The notes beneath the pieces are model-generated. The model saw only the letters and a list, made by a program, of their open reading frames with translations. It was not told the DNA's origin and made no database searches. Of a stretch of 64,000 bases of DNA, positions 12,453 through 23,108 are shown one piece after another; the stretch's first letter is position 1; each line of letters opens with the position of its first letter. Source of the DNA: Amoebophrya sp. A120 (Eukaryota; Protista; Dinoflagellata); the NCBI GenBank assembly GCA_905178155.1, contig CAJINV010000003.1:5277700-5341699 (forward strand), in the 5' to 3' direction. A program made the translations under genes and the position numbers.

Positions 12453-14314
12453 ATGGTGCGACACACGCCTCGCCCGGACTTCACGTGGTTCGAGTTACTG
12501 AAGTTTACGTGGATTTTCGTGGTGGGCGCAACGTTTTCCCTGGTAACCTCGTTGCTCTCCCTGTTGGTTTATGCATTGCAAAAGCATCGTACTAGTATGA
12601 ATTGCATTACAAATTGGCTTAGCATTACAAATTAAGTTTGTAATGCGGATTTGCCTTAAGAAAAAGATTTGTAATGCATAAAAGCAATTAGTACGAGTAC
12701 GATACTTTTGCACAGGATATGGTTTCCGCGATTATAGTGCTGCAGTTTTCCCACTGGTTCTCCTACGCCTACTTTCTGTACCTGCGGCTCCGCTGCGTGG
12801 CCGTTCGCTGGAGCACCTGGCTCCTGGAGAGGTCCGCGAACGAGTACGTCCCAACCTACTTCACCGAGTTCCGGATCCCGTTCTTCTCGGTGTTTCTCGC
12901 GCACAGCACCCAGGTTCTCTTCCACGGCGTAGTCTTTGACAACCCGGAGCACCCGGGGTCCCAGGAGCGCCAGGTCGGCTTTTTTTCGGTTGACAAGGCG
13001 GCAAATCTACTCGAGAACTACTGAGCAGGGAGAACTAGCACCACTCGGGGAGAAAACAGCAAGTACTTGTTCTTGGGTAGGACCTGCCGAAAGGGAAAAA
13101 GAAAAAGCTTTACAAAGAGGAGTACTTCTAGGTGGGCAAAACAGGACAAGAAAGCTCACAACAACCCCACCAACTACCACCTTCAAGTTTCTTCTACCAC
13201 GACCGAGTGCTTCAAGATCATCTGTTTCGAAAGTACTACATGCGATGAACAACAATAAATTCATAATCAAAAGGGAAAAAAGGTTTTTTGAAGAAGTTAG
13301 TTTGTACATCAAGGTCCTCTACCTACCATCAACAAGCCAGGAACGAGCATGTCGAAGAGTAAAAAGAAAAGCGGAGAAGCAGTACCAGTGCCGGGAAGTA
13401 AAACGAATGGAGCTACTACCTTGCTGGAGACCGCCGATGAACCGGAGCAGGATGTGTTTGGGCTTCGCGAAAAGGCGCGAAAAAGGAAGGAGCTGCGATT
13501 TTCGAAGCTGCCACTGCCTGATCAGACACCCGTTCGCTGGTCTATGGAAGAGCACCCCGGAGGCTTTCGCACTTACCGCAACATTAAGCGACCAGCTAGC
13601 GCTTCAGCGATGTCGTCGTTTCGCGTCCGCTGCCCGGAATGGACAATTGACGAGAACCGAGGGCCCTGGCACGCACTGACATTACACCAGGGAACGCAAA
13701 TGCACAACCGTTACGCATCGCCGTTTTACCGGCCCAAGTTTCTTCGAGGAGTCGCGTACTTGATGTTGTTTTTTCTTTTTGGTCGTTGTGGTTGTGATTA
13801 ATGATAGTTTTTAGAAATTTACTCTTACATTTACACTTTTGAGAAAAGAAGAAAAAGAAATTCCGTTCGGATTCCAGGTCGTGTCTTCTTGTACTTTTTC
13901 AGGTTGGATCATCTCTGCGGCGACAACCGCGGTGCACGTAGTCACACTGCCCGACGCATACGACGACCGCGGCGCTACCTGCCGGCTGGACCGGATTTTT
14001 ACAGCGCCGGCATCGGGTGTGCCAGAAAGGAAAATTTCACTATCCGGAGCTCCATCTCGGGCAGTGCGCAGTCCCGTCCAGCCACGGCTCCGGCAGATAG
14101 TAACACGGCTGCTACGGCTACGGCTGCAGCGAGTCCGGTAGTTCATGTCAACCGGGATGAACGGTATGCGCGGGCAAGGGATGCACGGAAGCAGCAGAGG
14201 ACGTTAGAAAAGTGGCGGCAGAACATCACGGGCGTCGATATACTTCTGCGAAAACCCCCGGGACGGCCCCGGACTGCGGAAAATCCAGCAAGAGCTGGAT
14301 GCGGATTAACGTGA
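12453..14314 (+). CDS. hypothetical multi-exon membrane protein (downstream exon structure uncertain)
   Basis: MVRHTPRPDFTWFELLKFTWIFVVG...LLV|SAIIVLQF is joined by introner removal; further coding-like segments at about 13349-13750 and 13903-14314. Confidence 0.45.
12570..12719 (+). mobile_element. introner family C
   Basis: tatgcattgcaaaagcatcgtact / agtacgatacttttgcacaggata; TSD tggtt; removal restores the frame. Confidence 0.9.
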
Positions 14315-14675
14315 ACGTGCTGGCTTGTTGTTTGCTACGATTATTTTTTACTTACTTGGTCTATTTCTTCGTCTTCCCTCTCGGGGGACGAAAAGTGTTT
14401 TTTTTTTCAATGGGCAAACGTGCATTGCTGCACATCCTCATCTGTGCTCTGTCGTGGAAACGAGCTCGAGAAACTGCACGTTTTAGTTGGGCTAGCTTCC
14501 TTTTTTTCTTCAACGACCATTAGGGATCATGATGTTGCAATCCTGATAATCGTCTTCCTGTTTGGCATCCGACATAACCACTGTACAATTTTTTGTATTC
14601 CGCGCTTCGCGATGATAATAAAATATGTAAAACTATGAAGAAACAGAAATTGCCATCGAACAGGTCTCACACTCG

Positions 14676-17600
14676 ATGCTGATAAAAAATAGCTACGTGC
14701 TCGTACTAGGAAGAGCATCATGTTCGGGTGAGCGAATTTCTCTTCAAAATCGGTACCATGCGACAAGGGGAAGATGACCTGCCTCCATGCTTATAGAGGT
14801 GTTTTGGATGCTTGCAAGGGCATTAACGTTGAGAGCATTCTGAAAAAATATGAGTTTGCAACAACTACCCATAGCCTGCGGATCGGTCTCCTCCTTACGC
14901 TACTGGCCCAAAAGGTGCCCAGTGTCGACATCACTGGGCATCTCCGCTGGGCGTCCCCAGTTATGATCCTCTATTACGGTAGGATGCGTAGCCTGTGGGA
15001 GGTTTTGGACCAGGATTGTTGCTATGAAATTGTTTGAAAAATCATGCTCCTGGACCGTTCTCGCTCAGAATTCCTTGGCTCGAAATTTCGATCTGTATTA
15101 CAAAAACGGGGCCAGCTGCGCCAGCCAGTCGTCGGGCACCGGGCTTACATCGGTGGTACGCTCTCCCCAACTCTGCCCGGCTGGTAAGCTCTGATTGGGA
15201 AAAATTTTCTCCGTCCGCTCCAGCTTATTGCTGCCGCCGCGGAGCTATCCTGTGCAAAAGTATCGTAGTCGTACTAATCGCAATCATGCATGACAAACCT
15301 GGTTTCTTAGCAAAATCAGCATTACAAATTCCATTTTTCCTTCTGGAAAAATTTGTAATGCGATTTATACTAAGTACGATAGTTTTGCAATGCATAGGAG
15401 CACGGTGAGCACGGAGTGGCAGCCCCCTCCTGTGCGTCCGTTGTTCGCGCATTCGTGAAAAAGCTCGTCTATCCTGAGTAAAAACATAACCACACCAGAG
15501 TCAGGATGGGGATTTTGCAACACAAACCTAGGAGTTTTGTGAGTCACGCATGACAAGTTGAACTATGCAGTGTAGTGCAGGTTAGCAAGTGCAGCCGCGT
15601 CACAGATTCATCTGCTCATCCTGTTCACGGCATCACAAATTCCAAAACACGATTGGAAATGGCTTTCATGGGGATGCGAATCACAAGTCTTCCTGTCTTT
15701 GCAAATCTGCATTACAACTCCGGTGTGGCTACGTTTTTACTCAGGATATCGTCGACCCGTTCTTTAGCGCATTTGAAGTGCCGGTCCGCGACTTGAGCGC
15801 CGGTGCCGGGACAGTGCGTCCAGGGTTTGCCCGCAGTGATTTGTTCGCCCGCGCGGTCGTCATGCCACCCCACCCCACGGCCGGTGTTCGGGTTGACAAC
15901 GCGAATCACGTTAAAGGACCGACAGGTCTCGCAGTACCACCCGACGGAGGTGTGCGGCTTCGTCTCTATCGTACGAAAAGAGTGTTTCACTGTAAGGGTT
16001 TTATTGCAAGTTTTGCATCACAAGTTTCTTCTACATCGATCACAGAGAAAATTTGCCATGCGAGACTCCTAAGGGAAAGCACAGCTAAACATCCATTGTC
16101 ATCTTCCATGTGTAGCAAGACAAACACTTCTGAGTTCTCTTCTGACATACATTTTCTGCATTACAAGTTCACAGAGAAACAGTTTTTTCTTCGTGATAGT
16201 CTCCTCCGTCCGGCCAATGTCCAGCGGGAGGGCGTTATGGATCTGTCAGGATTGAAATCGTCAAAGTTGAAATAATTTGTCATGCACAAAATGCAAGGCA
16301 TGAAATGCCTGTCTTGCCGGGATGGCAAGTGAGGCAGATTGTCAGCCAATTTAGGGTTTGGGATAGAGCTGCTAAAGGAGCATGACAAAAGCAGTCTTCT
16401 GTGCTCAAACAGCGTGACAAATTGGATTCCGGTGCTCCGAAAATTTGTCATGCGCCGCTTAGAAATTGGTCTTCCAACTGGTGTCCATTTTATGCGTGGC
16501 AAATCATTTCAACTTTGTCGATTTCAAACCTGACGCTTCCATAGGCGTGGGCGGTCCTTCGGACGATGTCACCTGGCTGGATGTATTATCGTAAGGAAAA
16601 ATCCTCCCTCCCCATACCAAAACGGAGATTTGTGTAGCATGATCTGCTACCACAAGTCATATTGTCATGCTAGAAGGCAAAAGATGCGGACTGTAGTGCT
16701 GGCTGGCGTGGGAAAACCTTGCACCTTCAGCATCACAGGAGGTCGCTGTAAGTGAGAAACAGCATGACAAATCGCCTACGATTTAGGCCGCAACTGCGTC
16801 TCTTTGCCTTCTAGCAATACAAGTCGATTTGTGTACGCAAATCCAGCATCACAAATGTCCTTTTCAATATGGGGAGGGGGGATTTTTCCTCACAATATGT
16901 ATGCAGCCGCGCTCCGTGTTCGCGGTTTCTGGCCGGAGTTGCTGCCCCAATTCGACAATCCTGTGCAAAAGTATCGCACTCGTATAAAAAATACGTGCAA
17001 GTCTTGCATTACAAATCTTGTTGCGAAGGCAAATCAGCATGCATGACAAATCCCATTTCTCTTGCTGAGGAGATTTGTAATGCATTTATACGAGTACGAT
17101 ACTTTTGCAGTTCATAGCGACCCTAATTCGTGCCAACGTCGCCGCTGGTTCGACTCTGATTGTGCGATGGTATTGTCGCACGCATATGCGAAGACCCTGC
17201 GACGACGCCCACTCCCTCCTACACCATTGTTGCTCGACGCCCAATATTGTCCGTTGCAACAGATGTAAAGGTGCTGAACTACTTCTCCCCCCGTCCCGCA
17301 TGTTTCGTAGAAGTCACGCAGCATCTAAAAATACAATGCAATATTCAAAAGCTGCTGTTGCAGCCTTTACTCTTGGTCTTGGAGTTGGACTTGGATGTCC
17401 TATGTTGCATGACAAGTCATCTACGTATTATGATATGAGTAGGCCTGCTCTAAACTGCGGCGCTAGCGCCCGTGCTTGCTGGATCAACGTTTGTGTTGAC
17501 CACGCAGAGGCCGCTTCGACCCTCCTGCTCGACCTGTTCGGGTGAGCGAATTTCTCTTCAAAATCGGTAGCATCATCAAATAATAACCGGCGTCCCCTGG

Positions 17601-19112
17601 AAGCCTTAAGAACGCCGTTCGAAAAGGAAACTCTGCAAAACAGCATGAAGAATCTGCTGCGGAAAGAGCAGCAGAAGCGCCGTTCTACTTCAGGTCCAGG
17701 CGGGGCTGAATCTGGAGGACAGCAAGCTTTATTTCTGGACGACAGCAGCACAACTTCAGCAGCTTCTGTTGCAGAATTTTCAACATTTGAGCACGAGCAC
17801 GACGGGGAAGTTGTACAACTTCAAGCTAGTACCAAAGAAGGTCAAGAAGTTGTTAATAATACAACGGGAAGATTTATTTACTTGCAAGAGCAAGACCAAG
17901 AGACAGCAGCAGCACAAGTAACACGCAAACAAGAAATAAACGAGCAACGTCTTCTCCGGAACACAGTGGTTGAAGAGTTCTGCGGGCATTTTTGTGATTA
18001 CCCGAAATTAGAGCAGATTTACGGGCAAAATTTCGAATTTGACGCTAAGTACGCGGATACGTTAACCTTGGTCGACGCCTTTGATCAGTTTGTCAAGGAC
18101 TTTTTCGGCGGGGGCTCGTCTCGCGGCGGTGTAAGTGGAAAGGAAGAAGTGGCCGCCGCTCAGAGGCGTCGAGGAGATTCAGCACAGCAGCAGGTAGTAC
18201 TGCAGCGTACAGAGGAACCAGGAACTAGTAGTACGTCAACAGGAGAAGAAGTAGAACACGTTGAAAAAAAACACAGCAAAACTGAAAAATCCCCTCTTCC
18301 CTACTCCCTCGCCTACGGCTCCCTGCTCGGGTACGAACGGCATAAGTCGTTATGGACTGCCAAAGTATCGTACTAGGTAGTAGAAATCGCATCACAAATT
18401 TGTCAGCATGACAAATAAAATTTGTAATGCGGATTCAACTTGAGAATAAAACTTGTAATGTGAGAGTAGGATTACTACGAGTACGATACTTTTGCAGCGG
18501 ATAGTCGTTTATCCCCTACGATTCGGATGCGGACATCATGCTTCCTTTGGATTTCTGGGAGCAGATCATCACGTTTGTGGTGCGGAAATTCGTCGCGGAG
18601 GAGAATGAAAAGGAACTACTTGTTGTTTCTCCACCATCATCTTCTAAAAACAAGCCTAGAAGAAGAACAACAACAGCACCAACAGCAGTTGCAGCCTCCT
18701 CGCTGACAGAAGCACAGGAAGTAAAACAAATGGCAGAACGAAGTCCCGAAACAATGGGTGGTGAAAGAACGAAAATCACAGCAGCACCGCCGAGTTCTTA
18801 TTTGCAGCTGCTGGGGAGTAGTAAAATAGTGGACGCAGGTATCACAGGAAAAAAGTGTATACAGTTACACACTTGTTGGAGTTTCTGCATCACAAAGTTG
18901 CTCGACATGGCAAAGAAAACCTGTGATGCGCAGACTATAAGGGAAAACACGTATGAAATGAGGTTGGCAAGCATTTCCTGCATGACAGAGGTTATCTGTC
19001 TTGCTTGTCTCCCATCAGAGTGTGTAACTGTAACACTTTTTTCTCACGATAGCAGGGAAGGAAATGCTGGCGGAGGTAGGAAGGGTGCTGCACAGTGTGA
19101 AAGATCATGTAC
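14676..19112 (+). CDS. LicD/fukutin-family nucleotidyltransferase-like gene, interrupted by a YR element and introners; 3' end apparently lost (possible pseudogene); start uncertain
   Basis: Removing 18351-18508 gives YSLAYGSLLGYERHKSFIPYDSDADIML, matching the LicD GTLLGAxRHxGFIPWDxDxD motif; the frame is open from 17570 to 19112 after introner removal. Confidence 0.7.
14756..15037 (+). pseudogene. tyrosine recombinase C-terminal fragment
   Basis: THSLRIG...ITGHLRWASPVMILYYGR matches the YR pattern HSxRxG...(G)RWxSxxxxxYxR. Confidence 0.7.
15098..17324 (-). CDS. Cys/His-rich hypothetical protein (251 aa after removal of six introners); may extend upstream
   Basis: 2227 nt minus 1471 nt of elements plus TSDs leaves 756 nt, one open frame MLRDFYETC...WYCETCRSFN...LAQLAPFL*. 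Confidence 0.75.
15246..15396 (-). mobile_element. introner family C
   Basis: tatcctgtgcaaaagtatcgt / acgatagttttgcaatgcata; TSD ggagc; inverted relative to the 12570 copy. Confidence 0.9.
15470..15748 (-). mobile_element. introner family B
   Basis: tatcctgagtaaaaac / gtttttactcaggata; TSD tcgtc. Confidence 0.9.
15967..16198 (-). mobile_element. introner family D
   Basis: tatcgtacgaaaagagtgtttcactgt / acagagaaacagttttttcttcgtgata; TSD gtctc; strand assigned from the host gene. Confidence 0.85.
16236..16543 (-). mobile_element. introner family F
   Basis: ~40-bp TIR tatggatctgtcaggattgaaatcgtcaaagttgaaat / atttcaactttgtcgatttcaaacctgacgcttccata; TSD ggcgt; strand assigned from the host gene. 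Confidence 0.9.
16587..16897 (-). mobile_element. introner family G
   Basis: tatcgtaaggaaaaatcctccctccccata / tatggggaggggggatttttcctcacaata; TSD tgtat; reverse-complement homologue of the 40066 copy. Confidence 0.9.
16957..17116 (-). mobile_element. introner family C
   Basis: aatcctgtgcaaaagtatcgcactcgtat / atacgagtacgatacttttgcagttcata; TSD tcgac/gcgac. Confidence 0.85.
18351..18503 (+). mobile_element. introner family C, inside the LicD motif
   Basis: tatggactgccaaagtatcgtact / agtacgatacttttgcagcggata; TSD gtcgt. Confidence 0.92.
18840..19051 (+). mobile_element. introner family E (TSD supplies GT-AG)
   Basis: tatcacaggaaaaaagtgtatacagttacacact / agtgtgtaactgtaacacttttttctcacgata; TSD gcagg. 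Confidence 0.9.
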
Positions 19113-19290
19113 TATCCTGAGTAAAAACGTACCCACCCCAGAGTTGTAATGCAGATTTGCAATGACAAAGACATTTGCGATGCGCATCCCCATGAGAGCC
19201 ATTTCCAATCGTGTTTTGGAATTTGTGATGCTGTGAACAGGATCAGCAGGTCGATTTGTGATGCGGCTTTCCTTGCTAACTTGCACTACC
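19113..19290 (+). mobile_element. truncated introner family B (right TIR missing)
   Basis: tatcctgagtaaaaacgtacccacccc start; collinear with the 15470 and 22741 copies until ttgcactac, then replaced by the YR-type repeat. Confidence 0.8.
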
Positions 19291-19291
19291 T

Positions 19292-20236
19292 TCGGGTCAG
19301 CGAATTTCTCTTCAAAATACATCGTTTCAAGTGTTTTTTTTTGTCGTACTTTTTTACTCCGAAAGCGGGGGTCGTACAGTCCATGGTGCCGAACTTGGCT
19401 ACTTCTGGTTCGGAAGTCGCACAACAACCAAAAACGCAAGAGGTTTTTTCTGTGCCCCAGGTTATTTTGTCGTAGCGCGCGTGGCTCCAGTTCCTGCGAT
19501 GCATTTCTACTTCGCAGGAGTGTCTGGCGTAGCGCCATGTCTTGCGCGCAGCGCATCATTTCTTTCAAGGGTCAGAGGATGGAGAATTTTTTTGAAAACC
19601 ACGACAAGGATCTCTGATGCAGATCAATTTGAAAAAATGCTGACGATAGTCATACTGCGTGGCTGTGATAGAGGTAGTGATGAGTACTTGTGCGAATCGA
19701 ATGAAGGTGGTGTCGAGCTGTCTCTCGTGCCCGAACACCACGCGAAGAATTGATTGATGTCTTTTGCGTATAGCTATTGCTGTAGGTGTTGAACGCGAAA
19801 CTGCTTGAAGTCTCTTCGCCCAAGAGAAATAAAATGACAGACGAGAAGGAAAATCGTGCTGATATTGAGCACAAACTTTTGCCACTCGGGGACCTTGAGG
19901 TCGTGTTCGCACACGCTTGGACTTCGACCGCTGGCGGACCGATGAGAAGCGAGCCACTTCTCGTCGCAACAAGAAAGACTCTGGCGCCACAGAGTACAGG
20001 CGCTTCGAGCGCGAGCGCTAGCTCGCAGCCGCCCGGTGCCGGAGTCAATCATACGCGCTCGCTGTGCGCTGCGTTCGATTTGGGACGTCGCGCAGGCAGG
20101 GTGCCGAGGAGTACTTACTCGCAAGGATATGGCTGCTGCCCTCCTGCGGCGCGGCCTCATGGCTCGGGCGAGCGAATTTCTCTTCAAAATCGGTACCTAC
20201 ATCGTTTCAAGTGTTTTTTTTTGTCGTACGTTTTTT
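19292..20236 (+). mobile_element. second direct-repeat-bounded element with degenerate, permuted tyrosine-recombinase sequence
   Basis: ~65-70-bp direct repeats at 19292-19355 and 20164-20236 share the core agcgaatttctcttcaaaa; upstream of the right copy the frame reads RKDMAAALLRRGLMARASEFLFKIG. Confidence 0.6.
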
Positions 20237-20734
20237 GGCATGCACGTATTTGCGCTGATGGAAGAAGATTCCAATTCGGTCTGGATTGCGGTTTGAATCT
20301 AACTTAACTTTTTCGGTCTCATTCCGTTTCATTTTTTCAGAGTGTTGAGCGGTACGCCTTTATTTCGTCTCTCTAGTCCTCTCTCCTCGGTTTTTACTTT
20401 GTGGCTCTTTTCATCTGCGCGAAGCCACAAATCTCCTTTATGTTTATCTAGAAACTTCTATGCCTCGGTTTTTGTTTCGGCAAGCGCAAGTCGGTTTTTG
20501 GTGCCGTGCCTTCTCGGCGTGTGTCGTCTTTTTCTACTGCAACTTGCTGACGCGGCAATGTTTGTAGACTCTTCTGCAACTACCTAAACTACAGGACCTC
20601 AAGAATCCCCCCACACATTTATTTCCCGATTTGTGACCACAGACCGTCGGTACTACTAGGTCGCCTTTGCTTCGGTGTTCAACTACCAACCGTACTGAAG
20701 AAGAAAAAGGAGAAGGAGTCTAGTAAAACAGAAT

Positions 20735-23108
20735 ATGTCTTCCGGAGCAGACGCAAGTGGCACTGAGCCGCCGATGACGCCGCTGGCGAAGTCGAGGTTT
20801 AAGCCGGGATGCGCCGACCACTTGTCCCCCCCAGAACCATGGCAGCCCCTGGTTCTGGAGTTGACTCCCGGGAAGCAGCGACCCTACACGAACATTGGGA
20901 GCCCGACTTACCGCACCCCAACGGAGCCGTCCCCGCTCGCGTCCGAGTGGGTTCCGTTCGAGAACCGCGGCAGCATGGTCGACCTGGGCCAGCACCCCGG
21001 GGCCTCCTTGCGCGACTTCTACCGCCCGAGCAAGGTGGATCCGATGGTGGGCCGGTTAAACCACCTCCTCGGGAGCTACAAGGGCGCGAAGGTGGATCGC
21101 ACCGTGAAGTACTTCACCAACCCCTCGCCCAAGCCCTACCTGTCGCACCGGGCCACCGGGGACTTTTACCAATCCAACGCGGGCTCGGCGCAGAAGGACG
21201 ACTTCGGGCTCGGGAACGAGAGCTGCTTCGTGCGGTTGTTCGAGAAGGAACTCGAGGAGCCGGACGCGCTGACCGTCAGCCGCGCCGAACTGGAGCGGGA
21301 AAAGCAGGAGGACCAGCGGGAAACGCTCGCGTTTCTGCAGCGGTACCGCACCAACATGGAAGCGCTGCAGGAGGTCCAAACCAAGCAGAAGCGCGCCGCC
21401 GAAGCGGCGGACCGGGAAGAACAGAGGAAGGAGCGGCAGGCGAAGAAGGACCTGGATTTCGTCGAAAACGCTTCCAGAAGACAAGAGATCCTGGATCGCC
21501 GCCCCCCGTGGAAGGAGCCGCACCTTGCGCCCGGGCCAGGTACAACTACACAGACATGGAGAACAGATTATACATCTCTGCAACTAGATTGCAAGGCTAC
21601 CACGACATGGCCGCGTGTTGTAGTCACGAATTGGAACAATTTTATACTTGTACATGATAGTAGATTAGTACCACGCGGTTTAGTGAACATGTGGAGGAAA
21701 TTTCGCCATCAGCTCTCCGAGTTTGATGAGCGAACGTGTAGCGGCGCACTCTTCTCATTCGACATTCGTCGCGAGCTAGAAAGAGCAAAAAGCAATGTAT
21801 ACCGTATACATTTGTTCACAAATGAATTCAGGCGAACGGCATCCAGTGTTGACCGATCCGAACGAAGCCGGTGGTACGTACAAAGAGTTGCTGTACGGCA
21901 TTTACACCGACGGAGGCAAGACGCTGCCGCCACACTTGATGAAAGACGACCTTTGTCCGGAGCTCCACGGTATCAACTGCAAATATATCAATCTGGGTCT
22001 GGTGGAAGAATGCATATTACAGTTGTCGATGCATTTTTTCGATGTGCGCAAAGGTCTCGCATGCACGACACAGAGAGCATGACAAGAGCTGCGGAACAAG
22101 CTTCTTCATGCCTAGCCTGAGTGATAGATGATGGCACTTTGTTCAGGAGATGAAGAAGAACTTCTATGCTATACAGATTTTTGTCTACAACGAACTCCAG
22201 ACTCAACAGCATCACAAGTCCAGACTGAGATCGATATTTGCAATGCATACGCAGCCTGACCACACGGTTTCAGTACGTCAACCGTGCCAGCGGGTCGATC
22301 AACTACGAAAAGCGACCGCTCAAGCTGTTGTCCCCGAAGGAGAAAGAGACGCGGCGCAGGCTGAAGCTGCTGACGACGAAGATGTTCCGAAGCGCCTCCA
22401 TATGGATTGTAAAAATGTCTGGGTCTGGAAGGTTGGAACTTGTAATGCTAGCTTTCCATACCTAGCTAGAAAATCTGTATTGCGTAACCAACAAAAGCCG
22501 CAGCCTCTTTTGTCATGCAAAAACGCAGTTTCTCATGCGGATTGCCTATGAGAAAGGCAAACGGTTTTGGGAAGTTGTCATGCCGAACTGCATTCGGAAG
22601 TGTTTTCATCATGCACATTTTAGCATCACAAGTTTCCAGACCCAGACATTTTTGCATTTGATACTCCACCGACGCCCTGAATGCCTCGCTCGGGTTCAAG
22701 CGCCGCGAGCGGTGGGAAACCATGAAGGGCGAAGAACTCGTATCGTAGTTAAAAACGTCCCCACCCCATAGTTGTGATGCAAATCTGCATGCTGCAAATG
22801 TTTCTCATGCGGAGCCCCATGAGAAGCATTTTCTAGTCGTGTTTTGGAATTTGTCATGCCCCAATCAGCACGACATACCAGCTCTGTGATGCTGCTGAAC
22901 TACCTCAAACAGCACTACACTACGAGTCCAAATTTGTCATGCAAAACAGACAACAATTGTGGACTTGTCTAGCCGATTCCCCATCTTGACTATGGTGTGG
23001 GGACGTTTTTACTCAGGATAACTCGGGAAGTGGATGACCGATCCGGTCACCGGCGAGGTTTCGCCAAACACGTTTTACCACCTCAACGGGCAAAAACTAA
23101 TGAAGTAG
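20735..23108 (+). CDS. hypothetical coiled-coil protein; exons about 20735-21539, 21832-21970, 22255-22400, 22669-22740, 23026-23108
   Basis: One GT-AG intron plus three introners; removal gives a continuous frame ...PGPGERHPV...ELHGLTTRFQY...RSASTDALN...GEELGKWMTDP...LMK*. Confidence 0.75.
21971..22249 (+). mobile_element. introner, family A-related, decayed TSD
   Basis: tatcaactgcaaatatatcaatctgggtctgg / ccagactgagatcgatatttgcaatgcata; TSD cacgg/cgcag. Confidence 0.75.
22401..22663 (+). mobile_element. introner family A
   Basis: tatggattgtaaaaatgtctgggtctggaa / ttccagacccagacatttttgcatttgata; TSD ctcca. Confidence 0.9.
22741..23020 (+). mobile_element. introner family B
   Basis: tatcgtagttaaaaacgtccccacccc / ggtgtggggacgtttttactcaggata; TSD actcg. 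Confidence 0.9.

Larger units (their letters stand above)
14721..17569. mobile_element. 2.85-kb element with 35-bp terminal direct repeats, split tyrosine-recombinase remnants and an antisense cargo gene
   Basis: tgttcgggtgagcgaatttctcttcaaaatcggta at 14721-14755 and 17535-17569, flanked by gcatca on both outer sides. Confidence 0.75.

Noticed and set aside
17325-17435. Possible seventh introner upstream of the cargo gene ATG
   Set aside because: It has one GATA end and one gcatgaca motif but no clear second TIR or TSD.
17428-17751. Minus-strand ORF reading DFEEKFAHP through the 35-bp repeat
   Set aside because: Mostly antisense to the LicD frame and not conserved in element 2. A short upstream exon of the cargo gene at about 17436-17534 cannot be excluded.
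21970-22254. Canonical GT-AG reading of the 21971 element
   Set aside because: It removes 285 nt and gives CAC GCC TGA (stop); removal of 284 nt is what joins the flanking frames.
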